From: Mustelus asterias | Taxonomy: Eukaryota | Direction: 5' to 3' | DNA: 64,000 bases | Assembly: GCF_964213995.1 (NCBI RefSeq) | Contig: NC_135813.1 | Location: 99,262,001-99,326,000 of the forward strand | In this document: positions 35,853 through 48,619 of the stretch, in pieces | Numbering within the stretch: position 1 is the stretch's first letter | Layout of the letters: the number at the start of each line of letters is the position of its first letter | Position numbers and translations under genes: made by a program | The notes under the pieces: generated by a model | The model's database searches: none | Seen by the model: only the letters and a program-made list of their open reading frames with translations | What the model was told of the DNA's origin: nothing

Positions 35853-36735
35853 CTGGGGGAAGATTCTCCCAAAAGAATTCTCCAAGTGTCGAATTTGCAT
35901 AAAAACTGGAGTAAATCCTGCTTTTTTTTCGGCAGGAATTTCAAAATGAATCTACCATGTTCTGTGCACTGCAGAGTGCACTAGCAGGGGCCTTCCTGCT
36001 GGAGAGGCTGACAGCATATTGCTGAGCGGGCCACTGCGCATGTGCGACCTGTCAGTGCTGAGATAAGCAGGTGTGCGGTAGCCCTGCACTGCTGGCCTCC
36101 CAATATCTGGCTTCTCAATCGTTGGCTCCATGAACATGTCTGGGCCAGCCTCAACCCCCACCCCCCCCCGGCCTGCCTTGATCTCCCCCACAGCCCTGAT
36201 CTGCCGATTTCCACCCCCCTCACCCAGGTGCCCAGCCCCAATAGCTGAGCTCCTTCCCTATGCGAGATTCCCCTGCAGAGTGGCAGTGGAACCCACTACC
36301 CCAATAGGTCCCGCCCCCTTGACACTGCCTGGTGGGCAGTGCCAGAGTGCCCTCTGGTCATTGGCACTTTGCCCCTTGGGGCCACCCCCCTCACCTCCGA
36401 CCTCCTGGGGGGATGGTCCCCCCTTTACTCCAGCGGGGTCCCCCGTAAGTGGGGAGCTATAGTAAACCCTGCTGGAGTGAGCCACTCCTGACTGGGGGGG
36501 TGGAGGGGCGGGGGGAGAAAGGCTAGCGGGCCCAGAGATTTCAATTAAGATTTGCATAATTTCCTCATCTCCTTGCCAGTTTCTGGCACGGAGCTGATGG
36601 CGCTGGAAATCCGGCTGCCGGAGTCTCTCCGGAATGATGGAGCCCAGCAGGGAGCCCACAAAATGGCCTCCGCTCGAGTCTCCAGGCCCGCTGCGCTACA
36701 AAAGCAGCGCAGCGAGATGGGAAAATCACCCCCAG
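35853..36735. mobile_element. GC-rich non-autonomous DNA transposon (MITE-like)
   Basis: Imperfect terminal inverted repeats CTGGGGGAAGATTCTCCC / GGGAAAATCACCCCCAG and a sharp GC shift; related short pieces at ~49840-49945 and ~60240-60360. Confidence 0.6.
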
Positions 36736-38044
36736 TGTTCTAAAGGTTAGGTCAGAAATGTTTGGAATAATGTGTAGAGGAACATTTAGAGGAGAACGTT
36801 ACCAGCCTTATCAGTTGAAATGGAGACGAGAAAGATTAAGACAGACATCAAGAGTTTGGAAGGTGAAGAGAGAGATTCCATATGACAAGATTTCATTTCT
36901 GTTCAGGAAAATGAACATTTTTAGTCAGAATATTCTGTACTCGCTGATTTTCCAACACAGCACATTTTCACTTTTGCTAAGTATTGTTTGGTGATGCAAC
37001 TTTGGAACTCTGCTAACAGCTGTTTTGCTGCTTAAACAAAATAATGTCATGAGGTGAGTTTTATACAGAAAGTGCAAATCTTCAGTTACATTTTTACCCC
37101 AGATACTTCTCTTTAGTTCAGTAATGTCGCATATTTTTCTTTGGCTGACACCATTCATTTAAGTTTTAGTTTTGCTTCCAACAAACTGGTATATGCCTTC
37201 ACCTGCCTGGCATCCAGATAATGTGTGGGTGAATCCAGGAGTTGAATAGAGAATGCCTTATCGCTGGGTTTTAGCTCTCCTGGTCTACTTTGACTGTTGG
37301 AAGGCGGTGGAATAAAACTGCCAAATTAAACAGCAAGTGAACAGAAATGGTGACATCCGAGATGTTACACTAGTTCTAGGTGTTGTACTCATCCTTGTAA
37401 TGACAAAATAATTATTTCTTGAGTGTTTTCAAATAAAATATTCAGTGTGAACAATTTGAGGTTGTTTTGCTGGTGAACTGAGTTCAGAGTCCCATAACAG
37501 TTGACAACATTTTAGTTTCACCCTTCTCTAGCACAAATTATTTCAGTATTCAGTCATACAGGATCAAAGTCTGCATTGGAAATTTACATGCTCTTATTGG
37601 TACTTTTGCATGCTTTCTTTAATAAACTCAGCTCTGATATTTACTGGTTATTCAAGATTATCAACAAAGTCTTTTACACATGCTCTTTTTCCAATCATTA
37701 GTAGTCACTGCATCCAAATTGAAGTATGAACATAAATTTGTTGAAAGGATGTCAGAAATTAAAGTGTTCTGATGTTTCATTTACCAGTTTCTCTGATCCA
37801 TTGTTGTGATTTGCTATCTTGGGAGTGGTGTCATTCTTAATGTCAACTGGAAATTCTGCTCCACTTTCAGCACCTGATGCTGGTCCCTGGTTTTATTTGG
37901 CTCCATTGTGCCTCAGTACAATTAGTTGCACTAAGGACAGTGTGACTCCAGCCATGCTATAACATTCGTTGGTTCCCACCTTGGGAATCACTAAAGCAAC
38001 AGGGACATTCTGAGAAGAACCTCAGGCTGTTCCATAAGAGGCGA

Positions 38045-39375
38045 ACATAGGAATTAGGAGCAGAAGTCGGCAAATTCAGCCCTTCGAGCCTGCTCAGCCA
38101 TTCAATCAGATCGTGGCCGATCCACCTCCCCACCTGTTCCGCATATCCCCCTTTTTCTTTCTTTATTAGAAATATATCTATCTCCCTCTTGAAACCATTC
38201 AATGATTCAGACTCCACCGCGCTCTGGGACAGCGAGTTCCACAAATTTACCAGTCTCTGTGAGAAGTAGTTCCTTCTCATCTCTGTTTTAAATCTACTGC
38301 CGTGCAACCTATACCTGTGACCTTTAGTTCTAGATTGCCCCATAAGGGGAAACATTTGGTCTATATTTACGTTAACAATCCCTTTTAAAATTTTATATAC
38401 CTCAATCAGATCCCTTCTAAACTCTAGCAAATACAAGCCCAAACTGTTTAATATCTCCTCATACGTCAACCCATTCATCCCCGGAATCTATCTGGTGAAC
38501 CTCCTCTGAACTGCCTCCAATGCCACCACATCCTTCCTCAAATAAAGAGACCAAAACTGGACACAATACTCCAGATGTGGTCTCACCAACACCCTATACA
38601 ATTGCAACAACACTTTTATACTCCAGTCCTTTTGCAATAAATGCCAACAACCCATTTGCCTTATTTATTACGTGCTGTACCTGCATACTGACTTTCTGTG
38701 ATCCATGAACATAGACAGCCAGATCCCTCTAACCGGACATATTTTTAATCTGTTTTCCATTTAGGCAATAATTTGCATTTCCATTGGTTTTCTGCAAAAA
38801 TGGATAACCTCACATTTATCCATATTAAACTCCATCTGCCAAATTTTAGCCCATTCTCTTAGCCTATTTATATCCGTCTGTAGAATCTTTATATCCTCTT
38901 CGCTGCCTGCTTTCCCACCTATTTTTGTATCATCCACAAATTTTGCTATGTCACACTCTGTCCCTGCTTGCAGATCATTTATATAGATTGTAAACAGTTG
39001 AGGTCCAAGGACTGACCCCTGCGGCACTCAACCAGTTACATTTTATCAACCAGAGAAGGACCCATTTATTCCGAACCTCTGCTTTCTGTCAGTCAGCCAA
39101 TCCTCAATCCAATCTAGTACTCTACCCCCAATCCCCTGCGACCTCACCTTCTGGATCAGTCTTTTATACGGCACCTTGTCAAACGTCTTCTGGAAGTCTA
39201 GATATACCAAATCCATAGGCTCCCCACTATCCACCTTGGTACGTCCACAAAGAATTCAAGCAAGTTTGTCAAGCATGACTTTCCCTTCATAGAACCATGC
39301 TGACAATGGTGGATTGAGCTTTGTCTTTCCAAATGCTCAGTCATCTCCTCCTTAATGATTGATTCCAGCAATTTC
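38045..39375 (-). mobile_element. CR1 LINE fragment (RT and 3' end, internally deleted)
   Basis: ORFs with VYLDFQKTFDKVP, PQGSVLGPQLFTIYINDL, KFVDDTK, WQMEFN and FSQRLVNLWNSL. Confidence 0.93.
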
Positions 39376-41194
39376 AAGTCCAGTGTATATTTATTTGGTG
39401 GGATTCTGCCATTCTGTTACAGGATGACAAAAAATTTCTGATGAGAGATTCTATTATTTATTTTCAATTCTTTCCAATTCGTTTGCTATAGAGAAATACT
39501 TCAGTTCCTGCAAATAAACATTCTTATCTGTGCAGTAAGTCACTAGATGGTCCTTGTGTCAAGCATGAGGATTTTTCGATCTTCATTTTCATTGATATTA
39601 GCTTTCTTCCTTTCCTCTCAGACTTGCACTTGAGTCCTATTGAACATTCCTCCTCACTCCGCCCCACTTTGCCATTCACCCTTTAAAAGTTAAGCTTTTA
39701 TCTGGAAGCATATAGCAAAATATACTGTTCATCCATGCCAAAAATATGAAGTTAAGAACCACTAACCATTCCTCTCTCCATTCAATCAAAATTCCCTCTG
39801 GTAAATGTAAGAATGAGTTGATATTTCTTCAAATAGCTAGCTATTGAAATGTTTTTGATTGATTGTTTGTAGAATGAATGTAGAGGGCTTTTCTTGCCCT
39901 TAAACTACCAGCAGTTGAATATTTTTGCCTCGGGAATCTGGAACCATCCCCACACTTGCAACTGTTATTGTCTTTATGGTGTGTTTTGCCTTTGTGGGTG
40001 CCTGAAACACACTATAAGGAAGGGATGAATCTCCTCCATTTTAGATGGCTTGCTGGATTGTGTCTTTTGTCCCTGTTCCTGCAAATTCCCCACTAATCCT
40101 TTCTGCCTTGCGTTCTGAACCTGTCCACTTTCATTAATCACTAACTCTCCTGGATCTCTTTGCTGTGGCATTCTCTGAGGTTCAAAAGCACTTAAAAGGT
40201 CGTACAGTCTAGTCACTTGTGTACCAGGCTGAGAGCAACAAACCTGATATGGCACTATAAAAGATGCGTCATGTTATATTTAGCAACAGAAACGTGTGCA
40301 AAATTCTGTGTTAAACACAATACAGTGTATCAAAAGATTGCCACCATTATGCACCCTTTTTACACTTGACAATTGTCAAGTATGCAGGGAATATGTACAA
40401 TTTGACCAAATGAAATGGCTGTAACATGGATTGCACAGGTAACCTCATGATGGAGAGTAATATACACTGACTTTAATAGCAATTTAATGAATTGCTGCAG
40501 TAATGCATTCGACTATGTAAAGGAATGTAAATACACATGGTACTGCAACTCCCATAATAGAAGCGAAAATAAACTTAATTAAACAAAAGTTGAGGTGCAG
40601 CATCTGGGGTCTGATGGAGAGTTTTGGTATCAGGTTGTGAATCTGAGAGATAGTTTAAAAGGAGTTGAAAGAGTTTGATGGAATACTGGAGGTTTTTGAG
40701 GTTTGGGCTATAACATTCTGTGGATGTTCATGAGTATTCAAATTGTGCACCCTAGTGACCCTAAAAGATGTCTCAAAGACCCTGGTTACCTTCATGAGGT
40801 TTTTGTACTGAATTAATTGCAGATCGTTAGTGTATGCTAATAGAAATCATTGTCTGTGATAGGAAGTGTTTTTTTTGTTAGCTGATACAGAAGATAGCAC
40901 AAATACCAGAAGAGTGTCAACAGTAGCAGAGGACCTTGGTGAGAGAGATCTATGGGGAGTCTGCCATCTTTTGCAAGGGTTTTTGATGAGCGTGTAAATG
41001 TTTGCAGGGGTTCAGAGGAAGATGTCACCATTTATAGCATCTTGAGAGACTACCACTATTTACAGGGTGTCCTGGCGGAGTGTGTTACCTTTTGCTGGGG
41101 ACCTCATGGGCATGTGTCAATGTTTGCTGGGGATTTAGAAGCATCTGGCAACAGTTGCAGCGGCCTAAGGGGAGTGTGATACCATATGCAGGAG

Positions 41195-42185
41195 GTCCTG
41201 AACACCCCTTTCAGGTGAAGCAGCTTCAATCTGGTCTATTGCATTCGCTGCTCCTAATGCGGTCTACTCTACATCAGGGAGACCAAACATAGACTGGGTG
41301 ACCGCTTTGCTGAACACCTTCGGTCCATCCGCAAGCAGGACCCAGACCTTCCTGCCACTTGCCACTTCAACACACCACACAGGTCTCCTGTCCACATGTC
41401 CGTCCTTGGCCTTTTGCAATGTTCCAGTGAACCCCAACGCAAACTGGAGGAACAGCACCTCATCTTCCAATTGGGCATTTTACAGCCTTCTGGACTGATC
41501 ATCGAGTCCAAGACCTTCAGAGCATGAACTCTCCCCTCAACCTTGACCCCATTTCCATTTATTCTATTTCATTTTGTTTCATCTCATTCATCCATTTTAT
41601 CATCCTTCTTTCTCACCTCCATTTTTCACTTTTTAGTCCAACTCTCCTTCTTGCTTCCCCCTCTTCAGCAAAGCGGTCACCCAGTCTATGTTTGGTCTCC
41701 CTGATGTAGAGTAGACCGCATTAGGAGCAGCGAATGCAATAGACCAGATTGAAGCTGCTTCACCTGAAAGGGGTGTTCAGGACCTCCTGCATATGGTATC
41801 ACACTCCCCTTAGGCCGCTGCAACTGTTGCCAGATGCTTCTAAATCCCCAGCAAACATTGACAACTGCCACATTCCTCAGGCAGTCCTTTAACAATCTGC
41901 ACCTCTGTTCTGCCATTCATGCATTCTAAATACTTAATGGACACTTTTTAGCGCCTCCTCAGCCTCTGTATCCTCATTTACACTCCCTTTGCCCCATTCC
42001 CCCCACCCCACCCTCATAATATAAATCTCTGCTGATTCTCTTTGCTCTCAGTTCTGACGAAGGGTCATCTAGACTCGAAACGTTGGCTCTATTCTCTCTC
42101 CACAGATACTGCCAGAGCTGCTGAGATTTTCCAGCATTTTCTGTTTTTGTTTCAGATTCCAGCATCTGCAGTATTTTGCTTTTAT
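41195..42185 (+). mobile_element. Penelope-like element 3' part (GIY-YIG endonuclease remnant plus pLTR)
   Basis: CS*CGLLYIRETKHRLGDRFAEHLRSIRKQDPDLPATCHFNT...RKLEEQHLIFQLGILQPSGL = Penelope GIY-YIG; terminal repeat carries a hammerhead-like core. Confidence 0.85.
42050..42088 (+). ncRNA. Minimal hammerhead ribozyme motif in the Penelope pLTR
   Basis: AGTT-CTGACGA-A-GGGTC atcta GACTC-GAAAC-GTT-GGCT: core boxes, stem II, palindromic AACGTT stem III and a wobble-rich stem I. Confidence 0.6.
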
Positions 42186-42739
42186 CTTAATGTGGGCATT
42201 TGGCTGGTTTGGGAGTGGGGTGGGATTATTGAAGGTTGATATGGAGAATTTGGTGTTGGGGTTTATGATTGAGGGTTGGGGCTGCATTGCAGGGGAGGGG
42301 GAATAAGACTTTGGAGGACGATGTGCTTGGGGTTTGGTGTATTTGATAGTGGGTTGTGGCTATATCGGGAAGGTTTGTGGGGGTAGATGTGGGGTACTTA
42401 TTAGGGTTGTGGCTATGGAATTGTAGGAGTTGCTGTGGGATATTTGGGAGGTTGTGTGTCATGGTTTCATTAGACTATGCGGGTTAATGTAGGGTATTTG
42501 ATTGGCTGTTGGGGTATTAGATGTGTTTGGGAGAATTTAATGGGACTGCTGATGTGGGGTACTTGGGGTTGTGGCTGTGGGTTGGGGTTGCAAGTGAGGG
42601 AATTAATAAGGGGATCAGGGGTTATTGGGAAAAGGCAGGAGAATGGAGATGAGAAAAATATCAGCCATGATTGAATGGCGGAGCAGAATCGATGGGTTGA
42701 GTGACCTAATACTGCTCCTATGTCTTATGGTCTTATTAT

Positions 42740-44310
42740 GGGGGCTTTTGATGTGGGGGTATTTAGTTGAGGCTGGGGGTATTGATGTGGGGGTATTTAG
42801 TTGAGGCTGTGGTATTTAGATGTGGCTGGGATGTTGATGTGTGGGGTATTTAGTTGAGGCTGGGGGTATTGATGTGGGGGTATTTAGTTGAGGCTCGGGG
42901 TATTGATGTGGGGGTATTTAGTTGAGGCTGGGGGTATTGATGTGGGGGGGTATTTAGTTGAAGTTGGGGATATTGATGTGGGGTATTTAGTTAAGGCTGG
43001 GGGTATTGATGTGGGGGTATTTAGTTGAGGCTGGGGGTATTGATATGGGGTATTTAGTTGAGGTTGAGGTATTGATGTGGGGGGTATTTGGTTGAGGCTG
43101 GGAATGTTGGTGGGGGTATTTAGATGAGGCTGGGGTATTTAGATGAGGCTGGGATGTTGATGTGGGGGGTATTTAGTTGAAGTTGGGGATATTGATGTGG
43201 GGTATTTAGTTAAGGCTGGGGTATTTAGTTGAGGCTGGGTATATTGATGTGGGGTATTTAGTTGAGGCTGGGAGTATTGATGTGGAGGTATATAGTTGAG
43301 GCTGGGGGTATTGATGTGGGGGTATTTAGTTGAGGCTCGGGGTATTGATGTGGAGTATTTAGTTGAGGCTGAGGTATTGATGTGCGGTATTTAGTTGAGG
43401 CTGGGGGTATTGATGTGAGGTATTTAGTTGAGGCTGGGGATGTTGATGTGGGGTATTTAGTTAAGGCTGGGGGTATTGATGTGGGGTATTTAGTTGAGGC
43501 TGGGGTATTGATGTGGGGTATTTAGTTGAGGTTGAGGTATTGATGTGGGGGGTATTTAGTTGAGGCTAGGAATGTTGGTGGGGGTATTTAGATGAGGCTG
43601 GGGTATTTAGATGAGGCTGGGATGTTGATGTGGGGGGTATTTAGTTGAAGTTGGGGATATTGATGTGGGGTATTTAGTTAAGGCTGGGTATATTGATGTG
43701 GGGTATTTAGTTGAGGCTGGGGGGATTGATGTGGAGGTATATAGTTGAGGCTGGGGGTATTGATGTGGGGGTATTTAGTTGAGGCTCGGGGTATTGATGT
43801 GGAGTATTTAGTTGAGGCTGAGGTATTGATGTGAGGTATTTAGTTGAGGCTCGGGGTATTGATGTGGAGTATTTAGTTGAGGCTGAGGTATTGATGTGAG
43901 GTATTTAGTTGAGGCTGGGGGTATTGATGTGAGGTATTTAGTTGAGGCTGGGGATGTTGATGTGGGGTATTTAGTTAAGGCTGGGGGTATTGATGTGGGG
44001 TATTTAGTTGAGGCTGGGGTATTGATGTGGGGTATTTAGTTGAGGCTGGGGGTATTGATGTGAGGTATTTAGTTGAGGCTGGGGATGTTGATGTGGGGTA
44101 TTTAGTTAAGGCTGGGGGTATTGATGTGGTGGTGTTTAGTTGAGGCTGGGGGTATTGATGTGGGGTGTTTAGTTAAGGCTGGGGAATGTTGATGTGGGGT
44201 ATTTAGTTGAGGCTGGGGGTATTGATGTGGGGTATTTAGTTAAGGCTGGGGGTATTTAGTTGAGGCTGGGGGTATTGATGTTGGGTGTTTAGTTGAGGCT
44301 GGGGGTATTT
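42740..44310 (+). repeat. ~33-bp G/T-rich minisatellite (GGGGGTATTGATGTGGGGTATTTAGTTGAGGCT)n
   Basis: Directly visible tandem array of ~1.6 kb. Confidence 0.95.
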
Positions 44311-44664
44311 GATGAACTCGGGGCTGATTGGATTGGGGATGTGTTGGGGGGTGGGGGGGTGTCTGGCAGCAGCGCTGAGCGTTTGCAACACGGGATCCCG
44401 CAGCCATATCCGTTACATCGCAGAGCTTTAGCAAGGGAGGACGGATCCTGGTGCCAAAGGGGAAAAGTATGTGGAACAACATGGCGAACTTTTAATAAAC
44501 GCAAAGAGGAGGATCAGAGAGGGAGAGAGAGAGAATCCGGGGGGAGGAGAGGCCGGCTCACTGAGCCCAGTCACTGCAGCTTTTGTCCGAGTGGATGGCG
44601 AGATCTGCCGGTGCTGGGACCGGCCAGTGAGCCGCTAGCCAGCGCAGTACAAGAGCCCCGCACC
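44310..44664 (+). promoter_or_regulatory. CpG-rich promoter and 5'UTR of an unidentified gene
   Basis: CpG enrichment; AACATGGCG at ~44479; TTTAATAAA at ~44490; GA-rich leader; small uORF at 44595-44630. Confidence 0.6.
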
Positions 44665-44691
44665 ATGACAGCAAACAGCAAGAGAGAGAAG
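44665..44691 (+). CDS. First coding exon MTANSKREK of an unidentified gene
   Basis: Kozak-like CGCACCATG and a consensus AAG|GTGAGT donor inside the CpG-rich region; protein not recognised. Confidence 0.6.
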
Positions 44692-46989
44692 GTGAGTACT
44701 CCCCACTAACTCTGCCTGCACAACCCCAGCTCCCTCCCAGCAGCTCACTCTCTCTCCTTTATTCTCTCCCCCCTTTATTTGAATCATTAGAAATGTTGAC
44801 AGAGGGGTGGGGCGAGGAAATCTCAACTTTTGTCCCGAGTTTAAACTTTCCAAAGTGTGGTGAACGTGTATTTTTTTAAAATAAGAAAGATTTCGACTCG
44901 ATTCTACTTTTTTTAATGAAGATTTCGCATCTGAAGGAGCATTTAATCTCCGGCTGATCTGCAACCCGCGTAGAGATTGATTACTGTTACAGAACCAAGT
45001 TTTTTTTTTGTTTTCCCCCCTCTTTGCTGTAACAGAGCTGGAAGGAGTGTGGGGCCTGGGAAGAGTGGAGTGAGTGCAGGATTTCTGGCATCGCCCATCT
45101 AACGCATCCCCCAAGCCATTCAGCTACTGCACTCATTAGCTTTAACCCCATGATTGTAGCTGGTAACTATCCCCTGTCTCTCCCCCCCACTATGTGTGTG
45201 TACAGGGTCCCCCAATCCCCTCACTTGGTCCAGTAGAAGGGAGTTGGGGGGGGGGGGAGAAGGAAATCACCAGCTTTCTTCCCTTCTAACGGTTTCTTAT
45301 TTTGAAGGCAGGAATGTTCGTTTTCAAAAGTGAAGGAGGGGGGGTGGTGGTTGGAAAATAAAACACAAAATAATGAAATCCTGGCATTCAGATCCCAGCA
45401 TCACGCCAATAAAGCCTTATGTAGTTTATTACTCTGCATTTCTCACACCTAACACCCTCCCCTCGCAAGTTGCTTTGTTTTTACAAAGGAAGGAAAAACA
45501 AGGGTAGCCCAAACAACCCAAGGGCCTCACTTGCACTGATGTCTGTTCTCTGTGCTTAAAAACATTTATGCACTAAGATTTATCATCATCATTTGGACCT
45601 CAAAGAGGAGATTATACCTCTCAAATCACTCACTATTGTCTGTCTTTTTAAAAAAATGCTTTTACTTCATGTTTGTTTATTTGTAATGGGTGGTGGAAGA
45701 TATTTGATGTGGTTAACACACAATGGGGTTGGTTAACGCATGATGGGAAAGGATTAAGTTGATGTGGACTATTGCTAGCCCTGGAGAGGGAAGGTCTAGG
45801 TTCAGACCTTTTACTGTGCTCAGTTCATGGTCTGAGCTGTACTGTATGGACGATCAAACATAGACTGCAGGCCCTGCAACCAGTAGGGAGGTTGGAGCAC
45901 AGCTCAGGCCCTGCTGCTGCACCTCAACTTCCATCGTTCGTCCAACTCGGGGAAGAGGTTGCCGACTCTCCACGGTAAATGATGTTGAGGCTGGGCCAAC
46001 TGGGAAAAATAGGGGTAGTTTGGCTTGAAGGGGGAAAATTACCAATAAGAAAAATGATGCAATCACCACAGATTGCAGGAAATAACTTGAGCTATCATGT
46101 GTTATACATAAAAAAAAATATCTTGCCCAGATGTTGAGGATCTTGGAAAAATACAACAAATCTTTGCATCAGTTGGAATTAATGTCTAAGCAGATGAAGC
46201 ATGTAATCTGTTTAAAGGCTGGATTTGTGCCTTGTGCACTTTCTGGAAAAGTGTTGGACTCCTACTTTGATTCTCAAATTCCCCCACCTTGCCCAGCATA
46301 CAGTTTGAATTTCACACACAGGCAGGCCCCCCAGTCATGAGTCCTGATGTTTGCTATGGTGCTGCTTTAAAGCTGTGGTTCTTGACCTTTTGCAGGTCAG
46401 CCAAGTCGCTTGACCACACTGGACATTGTTTTACTACACATGGTGATTTCTTTACAGCAGTGACCCACTGCAGAATGTGTTTGACAAATGCTATCAGGAG
46501 AATTATTTAGCATTTTGGCACTGATGTATTTGGTGAAAACTTAATTAAGCCAATATAATTTAATAAAAACATTTAATTTAATGTTTTCTGATGCCCTTAA
46601 TTATCATCTCAAATTGCTCCGACCGTCAGTGGCAGAACTGTAACCACTACTTTCTCATGTTTTACAGCTCAGCACACACCCACCAGACTAGGTTTGTTAA
46701 CTGAGTCTCAACTGCTCAGTGCTATTCACAGTCCAAGTAGGCACAATACAGAAATGCCAATCTTTTTGATTCAACTTGCCTTCTTCCAACAGAGTGGTTG
46801 GGCAGAAGGCCTGTTTTCTGCACTCTGTTGCTAATAAGCTGGTGAGGACAGATGTCTGGGACTGCACTTAGTTGATTAATAAAACAACCGTGTGTATTTT
46901 GTGCCTAATTTAAGTCATTTTTGTTTTAATTTTCCAGCTGATTTTCAATTTTTGCAGTCAACGAAATGTTGACGTTCCCTGAAGGAACG

Positions 46990-47295
46990 GGCGGCGTGGC
47001 GGCACAGTGGTTATCACTGCTTGTCTCACAGCACCAAGGGCCCGGGTTCGATTCCGGCCTTGGGTCACTGTCTACGTGGAGTTTGCACGTTCTCCCTTCG
47101 TGGGTTTCCTCCGGGTGCTCTGGTTTCCTCCCATAGTCCAAAGCTGTGCAGGCTAGGTTGATTGGCCATGATAAATTGACCCTAGTGTCAGGGGATTAAC
47201 AGGGCTTGCGGGAATGGGGCCTGGGTGGGATTGTGGTTGGTGCAGACTTGATGGGCCAAATGGTTCTGCACTGTAGGGATTCTGTGATTCTATGA
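46990..47295 (+). mobile_element. HE1-type V-SINE
   Basis: Head, core and tail. Confidence 0.85.
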
Positions 47296-48619
47296 TGTTA
47301 AACTCATGTGATGTCATTACTGCTTTCCATTGGATACATTTATTTTTGGCTGAATGGGGTGATTTTTGTGTCTACTTTTGTACAACGTAGAGAATATTTT
47401 CTAAACAACAAACTTCCATTTTCAATTGAGGTAGTTAAGGTTAAATTGCTGCTGTTCTGCTTTAGGCATCAGAGCACACTCTGTCCCCACCTGTGATTTG
47501 AAGGGCATTTGTTTACCTTTCAGGCAGTGGTCAGTAATGAGCTTTGATTGATTTTGAACCGTTTCATCATTTTTATTGGCAGCGTGTGATGTCGGCGGCA
47601 GCTGAGAGGCTCAGAAATCTGGTGTCCTCGGAGGTCACTTGTGATAGAAACTCTTTCCTGACGTCTTGGAGTCAAAGTTCAAATTTTGACCTTTGAACAG
47701 TGGGGTGAGATGGTAGAGAAGGAAGCTTCAGCCCTACAGTTTCTAATTTGACATTATTGGGGTTTATATGGGCATCTTATCGCATCAAAGTATTTTTACA
47801 TAATGAAATGCAGTGACTGTTTATGTGGGCCACCACAAAGCATTCTTCACCATGCAAACAGCATGATTTAGATTGAGAATGTTTAAGAACTGTGTGTGAA
47901 AACTGTGCAATCAGATTTTGCCACTAATGCCTTTTTGATTGTCCATGTGTTCCGGGATTCAATTTATTCCATGTGTATGGAGTTAATTTCACAGTTAAAT
48001 GGGTGAAGGTGCCTTGTCTTTTAACTGTTCTGGGTGGTCTGTCATTGCCTTTCGCTTTGCTCTAGTTTCTCACATTTTCATTTTTGGAAGGGGTGAAGAA
48101 ACCATTGGTGGGTGGGATTTAGATAATTGTAGACTTCCTTCAACACGCTTTTGGCGCGCAATCTGTCAAGGATTGCTCTTTCTTTGCAGTTTATAGGGAA
48201 GTCGCAGAATGCAAACTAAAATTTTAAACCGCTTCATTGATTGGCAATGTAGGACCATCAATTGAACAAGATGGGAATCAATCTGAGAACTCGTGATTCT
48301 ATTTTTTAACTAAATAATTTTCCTGCATTTTTCATTTTCACCATTGGCATAGACTAGAGTACAGTTATGCACTGCATCCACTTCCTCAAGCAGCTCTGTG
48401 CTGATCCCTTACTCAGTGATTGCTTCGTTTGTAACTTTGCCATACCTCAAGGACCAATTGTTTTTGTTGCTGTTACGTTATCCTTATCTTGGCGCAAGAA
48501 GATCTGTAATTACGATGGAAACCAGATCCCACTTCTGTATGATCTGCCTGACGATTTTTAAACTTTGTGGCAATAACACAACTCCCGCAGTGTTAGCCAT
48601 GTGTTATTCCTTATCGAAT

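Noticed and set aside
42740-44310. Regular repeat array as a possible CRISPR or telomeric array
   Set aside because: No unique spacers, eukaryotic context and no TTAGGG units; it is an ordinary minisatellite.
45871-45974. Possible exon (ALQPVGRLEHSSGP...SPR) ending CG|GTAAAT
   Set aside because: The acceptor lacks a pyrimidine tract and the peptide is unrecognisable.
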